A stretch of 53,265 bases of DNA from Myxococcota bacterium (lineage in GTDB: Bacteria > Myxococcota_A > UBA796 > CAJQPC01): the NCBI GenBank assembly GCA_036012755.1, contig DASCPX010000245.1, forward strand, positions 1-53,265, in the 5' to 3' direction. Position numbers and translations under genes: made by a program. Of the stretch, positions 15,928-23,601 are shown one piece after another (position 1 is the first letter of the stretch; the number at the start of each line of letters is the position of its first letter). A model generated the notes under the pieces. That model had not been told where the DNA came from, did not search any database, and saw only the letters and a list, made by a program, of their open reading frames with translations.

Positions 15928-16527
15928 CTAGGCCTCGTCCAGCTTCGGCATGTTGGCGTGCTGTGCCAGGACTGCGAAATAGCTGGGCACCATCACGTTT
16001 CGGATCCGGGCCCGGTCGGCCTCGGTGAAGCCCCCGGTGCGCGCCTGGGTGTTCAGGACGAGCCCCTCCGCCCCGAGCAGGAGCGCGCGGTAGACGTAGG
16101 GGTCGAGCTTCACCGCGAGGACCGCCTCGACGTTGCTGTGCATCAGCTCCACCATGGCGTCGAGCGTCTTCTCTCGATCCGGAGCCATCGGCGAGTCCTG
16201 GGACATCGCCTTGGCCTGCATCGCTCGCTTCAGCGGGCCGCCGGCGACCTGGTAGGCCAGGTAGGTGTCGATGGCCGCCGTCACCCGCTGGATTGGGTCC
16301 GTGCGCTCATCGACCGACCGCCGCATGTCGTCGATGAGGCCCTCGACCCGCTCCTTGTAGAGCGCGTGGACGATGTCGTCCTTGCTGCGGAAGTACTGGT
16401 AGAAGGTGCGTCGGCTGACGCCAGCCTCCGCGAGGATCTGTTGGACGCTGCAGGCGTCGAGGCCATGCGCGATCAGGGCGCGTTCCGCCCCCCGCAGGAT
16501 GCGGTCTCTTGTAGATTGTGCGTTCAT
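15928..16527 (-). CDS. TetR/AcrR family transcriptional regulator
   Basis: TRDRILRGA...G...SVQQILAEAGVSRRTFYQYFRSKDDI helix-turn-helix; ATG at 16527. Confidence 0.93.
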   Translation of the reverse strand: MNAQSTRDRILRGAERALIAHGLDACSVQQILAEAGVSRRTFYQYFRSKDDIVHALYKERVEGLIDDMRRSVDERTDPIQRVTAAIDTYLAYQVAGGPLKRAMQAKAMSQDSPMAPDREKTLDAMVELMHSNVEAVLAVKLDPYVYRALLLGAEGLVLNTQARTGGFTEADRARIRNVMVPSYFAVLAQHANMPKLDEA

Positions 16528-16551
16528 CGGTGTCTTGAGCTCCCCGAAGGG

Positions 16552-16568
16552 GTATACAGATTGTATAC
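16552..16568. promoter_or_regulatory. Candidate TetR operator
   Basis: Perfect inverted repeat GTATACA-GAT-TGTATAC in the 61-bp gap between divergent tetR and the SGNH gene; AT-rich in a GC-rich background. Confidence 0.7.
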
Positions 16569-16588
16569 GCCTGCCGTCCGGATGACCC

Positions 16589-17695
16589 ATGTTTATTGCT
16601 CTTGTCGCGTGTACGCAGGACAGCGCCCTCGGCGCGCTCACCGAGCCGGATGACGAGGGCGGCCTCACCACGCCCATCTCAGAGGACACTGGCGACGACG
16701 AGGAGGAGGGGGGCGGAGACGATCCCGAAGACGATCCCGAAGACGATCCCGAGGACACAGGATCGGGCGGCCCTACCTTCGAGGCTTGCTTCGCCGACAT
16801 CGACGACGGGAGCGGGAGCGGTCCGAACTACGGCCAGTTCGACCACATCGTGGGCGACCACTGCTACGGCACGAATCACCAGGACATCTCGGGGGTCGAG
16901 CGGGTCGTGTTCCTGGGGGACTCGGTGACCGTCGGCACGCCGCCGAGCGCGGACGCCGAGTTCTATCGCAACGTCCTCGCCCTGGAGCTGGCCGAGGAGT
17001 TCGGGTTGGAGGCGCCGGACTGGTCGTGGCAGGGCGTGAACCTCTTCGAGGGCACGAGCTACGTCGTCGAGAGCGGGGGCTTCGCCCACTGCGCCGAGTG
17101 GGGGGCGCGCACGGACGACCTCATGCGCGACGGCGCCCAGGTCGAGACCTGCCTCCCCGAGGACCAGCGGGACAAGGTCACGCTGGTCGTGATGACGGTC
17201 GGAGGGAACGACCTGAGCAGCCTGACAGAGGGCTTCATGGAGGGGAAGTCCCACGAGGAGCTCTGGGCCGAGACCTACGAGTACATGCAGCTCATGCGTG
17301 AGACCGTCGAGTGGATCAAGGAGGACGGCCGCTTCCCCAACGGCGTCCACGTGGTGTTCACGAACCTCTACGAGTTCACGGACGCGACCGGCGACGTCAC
17401 CTCCTGTCCGGCGGCGGGGCTCGCCGGCTTCGGCGAGGCGGTCACCGATCCTCAGCTCGAGGCGATGGTGATCTGGTCGATGGAGGAGTTCATGTCCATC
17501 GCGGTCGACACCGACACCGACATGCTGTTCCTGCTCGAGACCTTCTGTGGCCACGGCTTCAACTTCGAGGACCCGGATGGCCGCTGCTACCGCGGCGCGG
17601 ACGCCGAGCTGTGGTTCGACCTGACCTGCATCCACCCGAACCCCGCCGGCCACCAGAAGATGGCCGAGATGTTCATGGCGGTGGTCGAAGAGTAG
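16589..17695 (+). CDS. SGNH/GDSL hydrolase family lipoprotein
   Basis: VFLGDSVT, GART, VGGNDL, DLTCIHPNPAGH; N-terminus MFIALVAC. Confidence 0.9.
   Translation: MFIALVACTQDSALGALTEPDDEGGLTTPISEDTGDDEEEGGGDDPEDDPEDDPEDTGSGGPTFEACFADIDDGSGSGPNYGQFDHIVGDHCYGTNHQDISGVERVVFLGDSVTVGTPPSADAEFYRNVLALELAEEFGLEAPDWSWQGVNLFEGTSYVVESGGFAHCAEWGARTDDLMRDGAQVETCLPEDQRDKVTLVVMTVGGNDLSSLTEGFMEGKSHEELWAETYEYMQLMRETVEWIKEDGRFPNGVHVVFTNLYEFTDATGDVTSCPAAGLAGFGEAVTDPQLEAMVIWSMEEFMSIAVDTDTDMLFLLETFCGHGFNFEDPDGRCYRGADAELWFDLTCIHPNPAGHQKMAEMFMAVVEE
16718..16753 (+). repeat. In-frame tandem repeat, 3 x 12 nt (DDPE)
   Basis: GACGATCCCGAA x2 followed by GACGATCCCGAG. Confidence 0.85.
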
Positions 17696-17700
17696 GCCGG

Positions 17701-18690
17701 CTATGAGCCCTGGTAGGTCTGCAGCAGCCCCTGGATCCTGTCGTAGTCGTCTGCGCGGGGCTGTCTGCCTTCCCGATCGAGTGCGGCCAGCTGGTCGTCT
17801 GCCGTGGCGAGCTGCACGCGCATCGCGCCGAGGAGGGTCTCGTTCCAGATCCTGCGCACCTCGTCATTCCGGGATTGGATCGCTGCTCGGGTGATCTCGA
17901 AGACCCAGGCGAACTCAGAGCCGACGATGCAGTTGGCGTTGCGGCGAGCTCCGAGGATGGCCGCGCCGGTGCCGAAGAGACCCCCTGGGCCGAGGGAGGC
18001 CAGGACGACCGCCTTGTTGCCGCGCACGTTCCGGAGCACCTCGATCCGACCGGCCGCGACGACGAAGACGCTGTCGCCTTCGTCGTCCTGGAGGAAGACC
18101 GCCTCTTTGTTCGCGTAGCTCTTGGGGGTCATCGCCTTCTTGAGGTCCAGCATGACCGGCGCCGGACAGCCCTTGAGCGAGCCGAGCATTCGAAGCGCGC
18201 TCTCGGGAGGGGGGGCGTCGCCTGCCTTGTCGCCACCCACGGTCGCGGCGAGCTTCTTCCACCACGGGGGCACGCCGCGATCGGGGCGGTCGAGCGAGCC
18301 CTCGGCCCGCTTGGCGATGTCCAGGTCGACGTCCCGGACCCGACGGGCCATCGCGTGGAGTCCAGCCGAGAGCAGCAGGTCGTACACGCCGCCGTGCCGC
18401 TCGCGGAGCGTGGACAGCGCCGTCCTTGGCATGATCAACAGGCGGGTCTGGGTCACCGCGGCGACCTCGGCCGTCCGCCGACCGCCGAACCAGGCGGCCG
18501 TTTCGCCGACCATCTCGCCAGCTCGAATGCGCCCGAGCTCGGCGCCGAGCACCCGGGCGACGAGTTCGCCCTCCACCACCAGGCCGAGCTCGAGGGCGTC
18601 GTCACCGTCCCCCCAGAGCTGGATACCCCCCTGGATGACGCGCTCCCGCGCGAGCCCGGTGCTTCGAAGTGCTCGGATGATGTTGTCCAT
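17701..18690 (-). CDS. Tandem cyclic-nucleotide-binding domain protein
   Basis: Two cNMP folds: LVVEG...GEMVGE...RRTAEV.A and VFLQDDEGDSVFVV..G.IEV...GGLFG...RRNANC; no output domain. Confidence 0.85.
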   Translation of the reverse strand: MDNIIRALRSTGLARERVIQGGIQLWGDGDDALELGLVVEGELVARVLGAELGRIRAGEMVGETAAWFGGRRTAEVAAVTQTRLLIMPRTALSTLRERHGGVYDLLLSAGLHAMARRVRDVDLDIAKRAEGSLDRPDRGVPPWWKKLAATVGGDKAGDAPPPESALRMLGSLKGCPAPVMLDLKKAMTPKSYANKEAVFLQDDEGDSVFVVAAGRIEVLRNVRGNKAVVLASLGPGGLFGTGAAILGARRNANCIVGSEFAWVFEITRAAIQSRNDEVRRIWNETLLGAMRVQLATADDQLAALDREGRQPRADDYDRIQGLLQTYQGS

Positions 18691-18723
18691 GGGGGCATCC
18701 TACCGGAGGGCGATGCGGCGTCC

Positions 18724-19815
18724 TCAGACCGGTCGCAGCCCCACCGCTTCGTCCACCGGCTCCCCACGCGCCGCCAGCCAGCGACGGAAGGCATCCTTGT
18801 CATCTGCCCTCTTCAGCGCGTCGGTGCCAGACACCACCTTGTCCTCGACGAGCTGCTCCAGGCTCTTGTCCATCGCGACCATGCCCTGGGCCCGCCCAGA
18901 GGTGAGGAAGCCCTTGATCTGGTGGGTCTTGCCTTGGCGGATGACCGCGGCGAGTGCCGGCGTGCCGAGCAGCAGCTCCACCGCGGCGATCCGCCCGCCT
19001 GCGATGCGCGGGACGAGCTGCTGGGCCACCACCGCCTCGAGCAGACCGCCGACCATCGCGCGGATGCCGTCCTGCCGCTCGGCGGGGAAGACGTTGACGA
19101 TGCGGTCCACCGTCTTGGCCGCGGAGTTCGTGTGGAGGGTGCCGAGCACGAGCACTCCTGTCTCGGCGGCCTCCAGCGCCAGCTCGATGGTCTCCAGGTC
19201 GCGCAGCTCGCCGACGAGGACGACGTCCGGGTCCTCTCTGAGTGCAGCTCGCAAGGCGTCGGAGAAGGAGCGGGTGTGGGCTCCGACCTCGCGCTGCGTG
19301 ATCAGCGAGCAAGCCGACTCGTGGACGAACTCGATGGGGTCCTCGATCGTCACGAGGTGCAGGGCTCGGGTCTGGTTCATCTCGTGGACCAGGGCGGCCA
19401 GCGTCGTGCTCTTGCCGCTCCCGGTGGGGCCGGTGATCAGCACCAGGCCGGAGTCCAGGTCGGCCAGTCCCCGCACCGCCGGCGGGAGGCCGAGGGCGTC
19501 CAGCTCGACGGCTTCGCCCGGGATGACGCGGAGGACCGCTGCCAGTCCCCTCTCGTGCTTGAAGAGGTTCACGCGGAAGCGGGCCACACCGGGGAGCGAG
19601 TAGGCGAAGTCGGCGGCGCCTCTCTCCTGGCAGAGCTCCCACGTCTCCTCCGGCACTATCGGACGCAGGAGCTGCTCGAAGCCCGCCGCGTCGAGTCGTT
19701 GTCGAGCCAGCCGCTCGATGCGCCCGCTCAGTCGCAGCATCGGTGGTCGCCCAGTGGACAGGTAGAGGTCGCTGGCGCCCCGGGAGTGGACAACTCGGAG
19801 CAGCTCGGTGATCAC
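18724..19815 (-). CDS. pilT: Type IV pilus retraction ATPase, PilT/PilU family
   Basis: GASDLYL, GPTGSGKSTT, TIEDPIE, ALREDPDVVLVGELRD, AAETG...TLHTNSA. Confidence 0.92.
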   Translation of the reverse strand: MITELLRVVHSRGASDLYLSTGRPPMLRLSGRIERLARQRLDAAGFEQLLRPIVPEETWELCQERGAADFAYSLPGVARFRVNLFKHERGLAAVLRVIPGEAVELDALGLPPAVRGLADLDSGLVLITGPTGSGKSTTLAALVHEMNQTRALHLVTIEDPIEFVHESACSLITQREVGAHTRSFSDALRAALREDPDVVLVGELRDLETIELALEAAETGVLVLGTLHTNSAAKTVDRIVNVFPAERQDGIRAMVGGLLEAVVAQQLVPRIAGGRIAAVELLLGTPALAAVIRQGKTHQIKGFLTSGRAQGMVAMDKSLEQLVEDKVVSGTDALKRADDKDAFRRWLAARGEPVDEAVGLRPV

Positions 19816-20858
19816 CGGGTCGCCACCCGGCGGCGGGAGCGCGCCTGGGCTGTCTCCGCCCGGACCAGCCCCGCGCGGACCAGCGCTTCCAGCGCCTGGT
19901 CACGCGTCTGCATGCCGAAGCGGCTGCCGATCTGCATCATGCTCGCCAGCTGCGTGGTCTTGCCGTCCCGCACGAGGGTCCGGACGCTCCCGGTTCCGCG
20001 GAGGATCTCGAAGGCCGCGACCCGTCCGCCCCTGGTGGCTGGCACGAGAGACTGGGAGACGATCCACTGGAGCGACTCCGAGAGGCTCATGCGGACCTGG
20101 GGGCGCTCCTCCGGTGGAAAGGCCTTCACGATGCGCTCGACCACCGTCGGCGCAGAGGTCGTGGGCATCGTGGCCATCACGAGGTGGCCCGTCTCGGCTG
20201 CCGTCAGCGCCATGCGGATGGTCTCCACGTCCCGAAGTTCGCCGACCACCACGACGTCCGGGTCCTCTCTCAGGGCCGAACGCAGAGCCTGGGAGAAGCT
20301 CTGCGCGTGGGTACCGACCTCTCGCTGGTGGATCAGGGCGGTCCGCTCGGGATGGACGAACTCGATCGGGTCTTCGACGGTGATCACGTGGCAGGGGCGC
20401 GTCTCGTTGAACTGGTTGACCAGGGCCGCCAGGGTGGTGCTCTTTCCGGAGCCAGCCGGACCGCTGATGACCACCAGGCCCTGGTGGTGCTCCACGATCC
20501 GACGGAGCTGCTCGGGCAGCCCCAGCTCCGAGAAGGACGGGGCCTCGTTCGGGATGATTCGGAAGGCGGCGCAGAGCCCGCGACGCTGGATGTATGCGTT
20601 CGCCCGGTAGCGACCGACGTCCGGGATCTCGTGGCAGAAGTCGACCTGCCCGTGCTGGGCGAGCTGGGCCCTTCGGCCCTCGTCGAGGAGGCTCTCTATC
20701 GGGCCGCGGATCTGGGCGGCGTTGAGCGTGCGCAGGCCCACCATGCGCTTCAGCTCTCCACCCACCCGCAGGACCGGCGGCTCGTCGATCGTCAGGTGGA
20801 CGTCGCTCGCACCTTGCTCCCGGGCTGCGACGAGCAGACGATCGATGGGCGAGGCCAT
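19812..20858 (-). CDS. pilT: Type IV pilus retraction ATPase, PilT/PilU family (His-box variant)
   Basis: GASDVHL, GPAGSGKSTT, TVEDPIE, LREDPDVVVVGELRD, ETGHLVMATMPT, GMQT.DQ.L. Confidence 0.92.
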   Translation of the reverse strand: MASPIDRLLVAAREQGASDVHLTIDEPPVLRVGGELKRMVGLRTLNAAQIRGPIESLLDEGRRAQLAQHGQVDFCHEIPDVGRYRANAYIQRRGLCAAFRIIPNEAPSFSELGLPEQLRRIVEHHQGLVVISGPAGSGKSTTLAALVNQFNETRPCHVITVEDPIEFVHPERTALIHQREVGTHAQSFSQALRSALREDPDVVVVGELRDVETIRMALTAAETGHLVMATMPTTSAPTVVERIVKAFPPEERPQVRMSLSESLQWIVSQSLVPATRGGRVAAFEILRGTGSVRTLVRDGKTTQLASMMQIGSRFGMQTRDQALEALVRAGLVRAETAQARSRRRVATR

Positions 20859-20890
20859 GACGTGCTCTTCGGCACATCAGGGCCAGCGTT

Positions 20891-22006
20891 TCACTTCGCG
20901 ATCGGGTTCCCGCGCAGGATCTGGCCCTGCATCGAGCTGAAGTCCGCCGAGGTGGCGTCGGAGTTGTTCGTCCACCACATCACGTTCTCGGACCCGCTGC
21001 CGGAGCACTCGCTCGAGTTCATCTGTCCGTTGCCGTTGGTGTCCGCGCTCGCGGGGCACTCCGGCGTGTCGGAGATCGGGTCGTGGGTGTCGTTCGCGTC
21101 ACGCTCTGTCGTGTGGAACAGGCCGAGGAAGTGACCGGCCTCGTGGGCGGCGATGCGCCCGACGTAGACGGGGTCCGAGGCCATGTCGGAGGCCACCACG
21201 ACCATGCCCGACTTCGAGGTGCCGCCGACGGCCGCGGTACCTGGAGGTCCGCCTGCCTTGCCGAGGATCGTCGCGCCCTCGTCGGTCTGGAAGTCCTGCA
21301 CCATGAAGACGACCAGGGTGCGGGGGTCCGTCGGGTCGGCCAGCTTCAGCAGGTTGTTGAACTCGGAGTAGTCGTCGGCGCTGACGTCGACCACGCTGTA
21401 GGTCGCCACGTCGCCGCCGAAGTCCGAGTAGCTCGCCGTGATGCTCACGTTCTCCGTCGCGAAGGCGCGATCGATCTCCGCGAGCACGTCCTGCATCCCG
21501 GCATCGTCCGGCGCTGTCGAGGCGTCCAGGCCGTCGACTCCGACGAACACGAACTCCAAGGTCACGTCGGCGGAGTTGCCCAGCGGGCTCTTCCGGATCA
21601 CGGCGCCGCAGTCCAGGGTCACCGCCGCGCCGCCGTCGACGTAGATCGAGGCGAGGTAGCTGCCCGACTGGAGCGGGGCGTCCGGCGTCAGCGGGATGAG
21701 GATCGGCACCAGGTCGTCGTGCGAAGAGGACTTGAAGTGCGGGTTGGAGCCAGCGGCGCCGTCGTAGAGCGCGGACCCGTCGGGGTTGGTGAGGGTCCAG
21801 ACGAGACCCAGCTTCGAGGACCCGAAGTCCCCGCAGTGCACCAGCACGCTGGTCGCGTCTTCGGGCACGTCGATGGCGAACTCGTCGGTCGTGAAGCCGG
21901 TGTCGCCGGTGGTCTGGGGGCCCAGATCCACGAACTCGAGATCGTTGCCGGTGGATCCGGAGTCGTCCGGGAGGTCCTTGTTGCAGGCCAGGAGCAGGAG
22001 GACCAT
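20891..22006 (-). CDS. Metzincin zinc metalloprotease lipoprotein (M43/pappalysin-like)
   Basis: HEAGHFLGLFH (HExxHxxGxxH), Met-turn NVM; N-terminus MVLLLLAC at 22006. Confidence 0.88.
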   Translation of the reverse strand: MVLLLLACNKDLPDDSGSTGNDLEFVDLGPQTTGDTGFTTDEFAIDVPEDATSVLVHCGDFGSSKLGLVWTLTNPDGSALYDGAAGSNPHFKSSSHDDLVPILIPLTPDAPLQSGSYLASIYVDGGAAVTLDCGAVIRKSPLGNSADVTLEFVFVGVDGLDASTAPDDAGMQDVLAEIDRAFATENVSITASYSDFGGDVATYSVVDVSADDYSEFNNLLKLADPTDPRTLVVFMVQDFQTDEGATILGKAGGPPGTAAVGGTSKSGMVVVASDMASDPVYVGRIAAHEAGHFLGLFHTTERDANDTHDPISDTPECPASADTNGNGQMNSSECSGSGSENVMWWTNNSDATSADFSSMQGQILRGNPIAK

Positions 22007-22007
22007 G

Positions 22008-22502
22008 TCAGTTCCCCAAGCTCTTCTGGATGGCATTCTTGACGGCGTCCTCGGTCTCGACCTCGAGCCGGGCCGTGAGCATCGTGTCCGCGGCGTCGCC
22101 CTCGATCATCGCCAGCGCCTTGGCCGTGCTGATGCGGACCTGGACGTCCTCGTCGGCGAGGGCCGGCTCCACCAGCGGGAGGGCGGCGTCCCCCCAGCCG
22201 ATGCAGAGGGCGAAGACGGCCTTGCGCTTGAGCGTGCTGTCGCTGCTGGCGAGCAGGGCTGTCAGGGTCTCCTGGCTCTGGTCGCTGGGGAAGTAGCCGA
22301 GGGCCTGGATCGCCCGTCCACGCTTCGTCTTCGGCTGCGAGTCGTCGTTGGCGACCTCGATGAGGACAGCGTCGACCCCTTCGCCGAGCGCCTGGTAGTC
22401 CTCGGCGGTCGCCGGGCTGTCCATCTGCCCGAGCAGGTCCATCACCTGCGGCTTCAGATCGGGGTCCTGGGCCAGTGCGAGGCCGATGAGCAAGCTGAGC
22501 AT
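22008..22502 (-). CDS. Secreted HEAT-repeat protein
   Basis: Signal MLSLLIGLALA; HEAT-like units RAIQALG, RKAVFAL, L.DEDVQVRISTAKAL; GGAGG RBS. Confidence 0.85.
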   Translation of the reverse strand: MLSLLIGLALAQDPDLKPQVMDLLGQMDSPATAEDYQALGEGVDAVLIEVANDDSQPKTKRGRAIQALGYFPSDQSQETLTALLASSDSTLKRKAVFALCIGWGDAALPLVEPALADEDVQVRISTAKALAMIEGDAADTMLTARLEVETEDAVKNAIQKSLGN

Positions 22503-22668
22503 GTTTCCTCCGGAAGCTCAGAAGCTAACTCAGGGATCGCGCACCGCCAGTGCGAGGCCGGAGACTCCGAACTGCGCCACCCAGTGGCTCCGCCGGCTCG
22601 CTGTCGAGGCCACCCACGGGCGGATCGACGAGATCGGCGGCTGGCGGGGTGCATCCGATGAGGGATAG

Positions 22669-22701
22669 ATGCTCTTGACACGACAAGAGCATTGCGAGAA
22701 T
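22669..22701 (+). promoter_or_regulatory. Putative parA promoter overlapped by a perfect 9-bp inverted repeat
   Basis: ATGCTCTTG-ACACGA-CAAGAGCAT (22669-22692) contains TTGACA (22675-22680); TG-c-GAGAAT at 22693-22701 (spacer only 15 bp). Confidence 0.55.
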
Positions 22702-22721
22702 CTACCTTAGAGGATGAACGC

Positions 22722-23573
22722 ATGCGAATGACTCTGTCCAGCTTCAACCGGCCAACTCGTCAACAGCCGGAAAAGGCGCTCCAACGCGGGGAGTGCCAGG
22801 CCACGGTCATCGCCGTGGCAGCTCAGAAGGGGGGGGTCGGCAAGACGACCACCACCGTAGCGCTCGCCGCTGCGTGGGCACGGTTCCATGGCAAGAAGGT
22901 GCTCGTGGTGGACCTCGATCCGCAGGCGCACGTGAACGTCGCCCTCGGCGACATGGTCCACCTCGGAGGCGGCAACCTGAGCGAGGTGCTGCTCGACGGG
23001 GACTGCACGGAGATCGCCGAGATCGCGACGAAGACCAGCATCGAGAACCTCGACGTCACCCCCGTCGATCCTGAGCTGATCAGGACCGAGCAGAACCTCA
23101 CGAGCAAGATCGGCAAGGAGCTCGTGCTGAAGAACGCGCTGGAGATCACCCGCAGTCACTACGACCTGATCCTGCTCGACTGCCCGCCGAACATCGGCAG
23201 CTTGACGGTCAACGCGCTCGTCGCCGCCGACCACGTGCTGATCCCGTGCAACCCGACGGCCCTGGCGGTCTCCGGAGTCAGCGGGCTCTTCGAGGTCATC
23301 GAGGAGGTGGCTCAGCAGCTCAACCCCTGGCTCGGCGTGCTCGGCGTGGTGCTCACCCGGGTGGATGGCCGCAACGTGCGCACCAACACGGCGGTCATGG
23401 ATCTCCTGGAGGACAGCTGGGGCGAGATGCTCCTGCCGGTTCGGGTCGGCACGAGCAACTCCCTCGCAGAGGCCCAACTCGCCGGGCGAGACGTGCACGA
23501 CTTCGCGCCCAGGAGCCGCGGAGCGACCCAGTACCAGGAACTCGCGAAGGTCATCCTCGACCGCATCGTCTAG
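22722..23573 (+). CDS. ParA/Soj family ATPase (orphan, no parB in the window)
   Basis: Deviant Walker A QKGGVGKTTT, DLDPQA, YDLILLDCPP, NALVAADHVLIP; GAGGA RBS before ATG at 22722. Confidence 0.93.
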   Translation: MRMTLSSFNRPTRQQPEKALQRGECQATVIAVAAQKGGVGKTTTTVALAAAWARFHGKKVLVVDLDPQAHVNVALGDMVHLGGGNLSEVLLDGDCTEIAEIATKTSIENLDVTPVDPELIRTEQNLTSKIGKELVLKNALEITRSHYDLILLDCPPNIGSLTVNALVAADHVLIPCNPTALAVSGVSGLFEVIEEVAQQLNPWLGVLGVVLTRVDGRNVRTNTAVMDLLEDSWGEMLLPVRVGTSNSLAEAQLAGRDVHDFAPRSRGATQYQELAKVILDRIV

Positions 23574-23601
23574 GCGTCTCGCGCGCGATAGGTCAACCCT
23601 C

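Noticed and set aside
22486..22668. 60-aa ORF upstream of parA
   Set aside because: Overlaps the start and promoter region of the HEAT gene, has no RBS and no recognisable motif.
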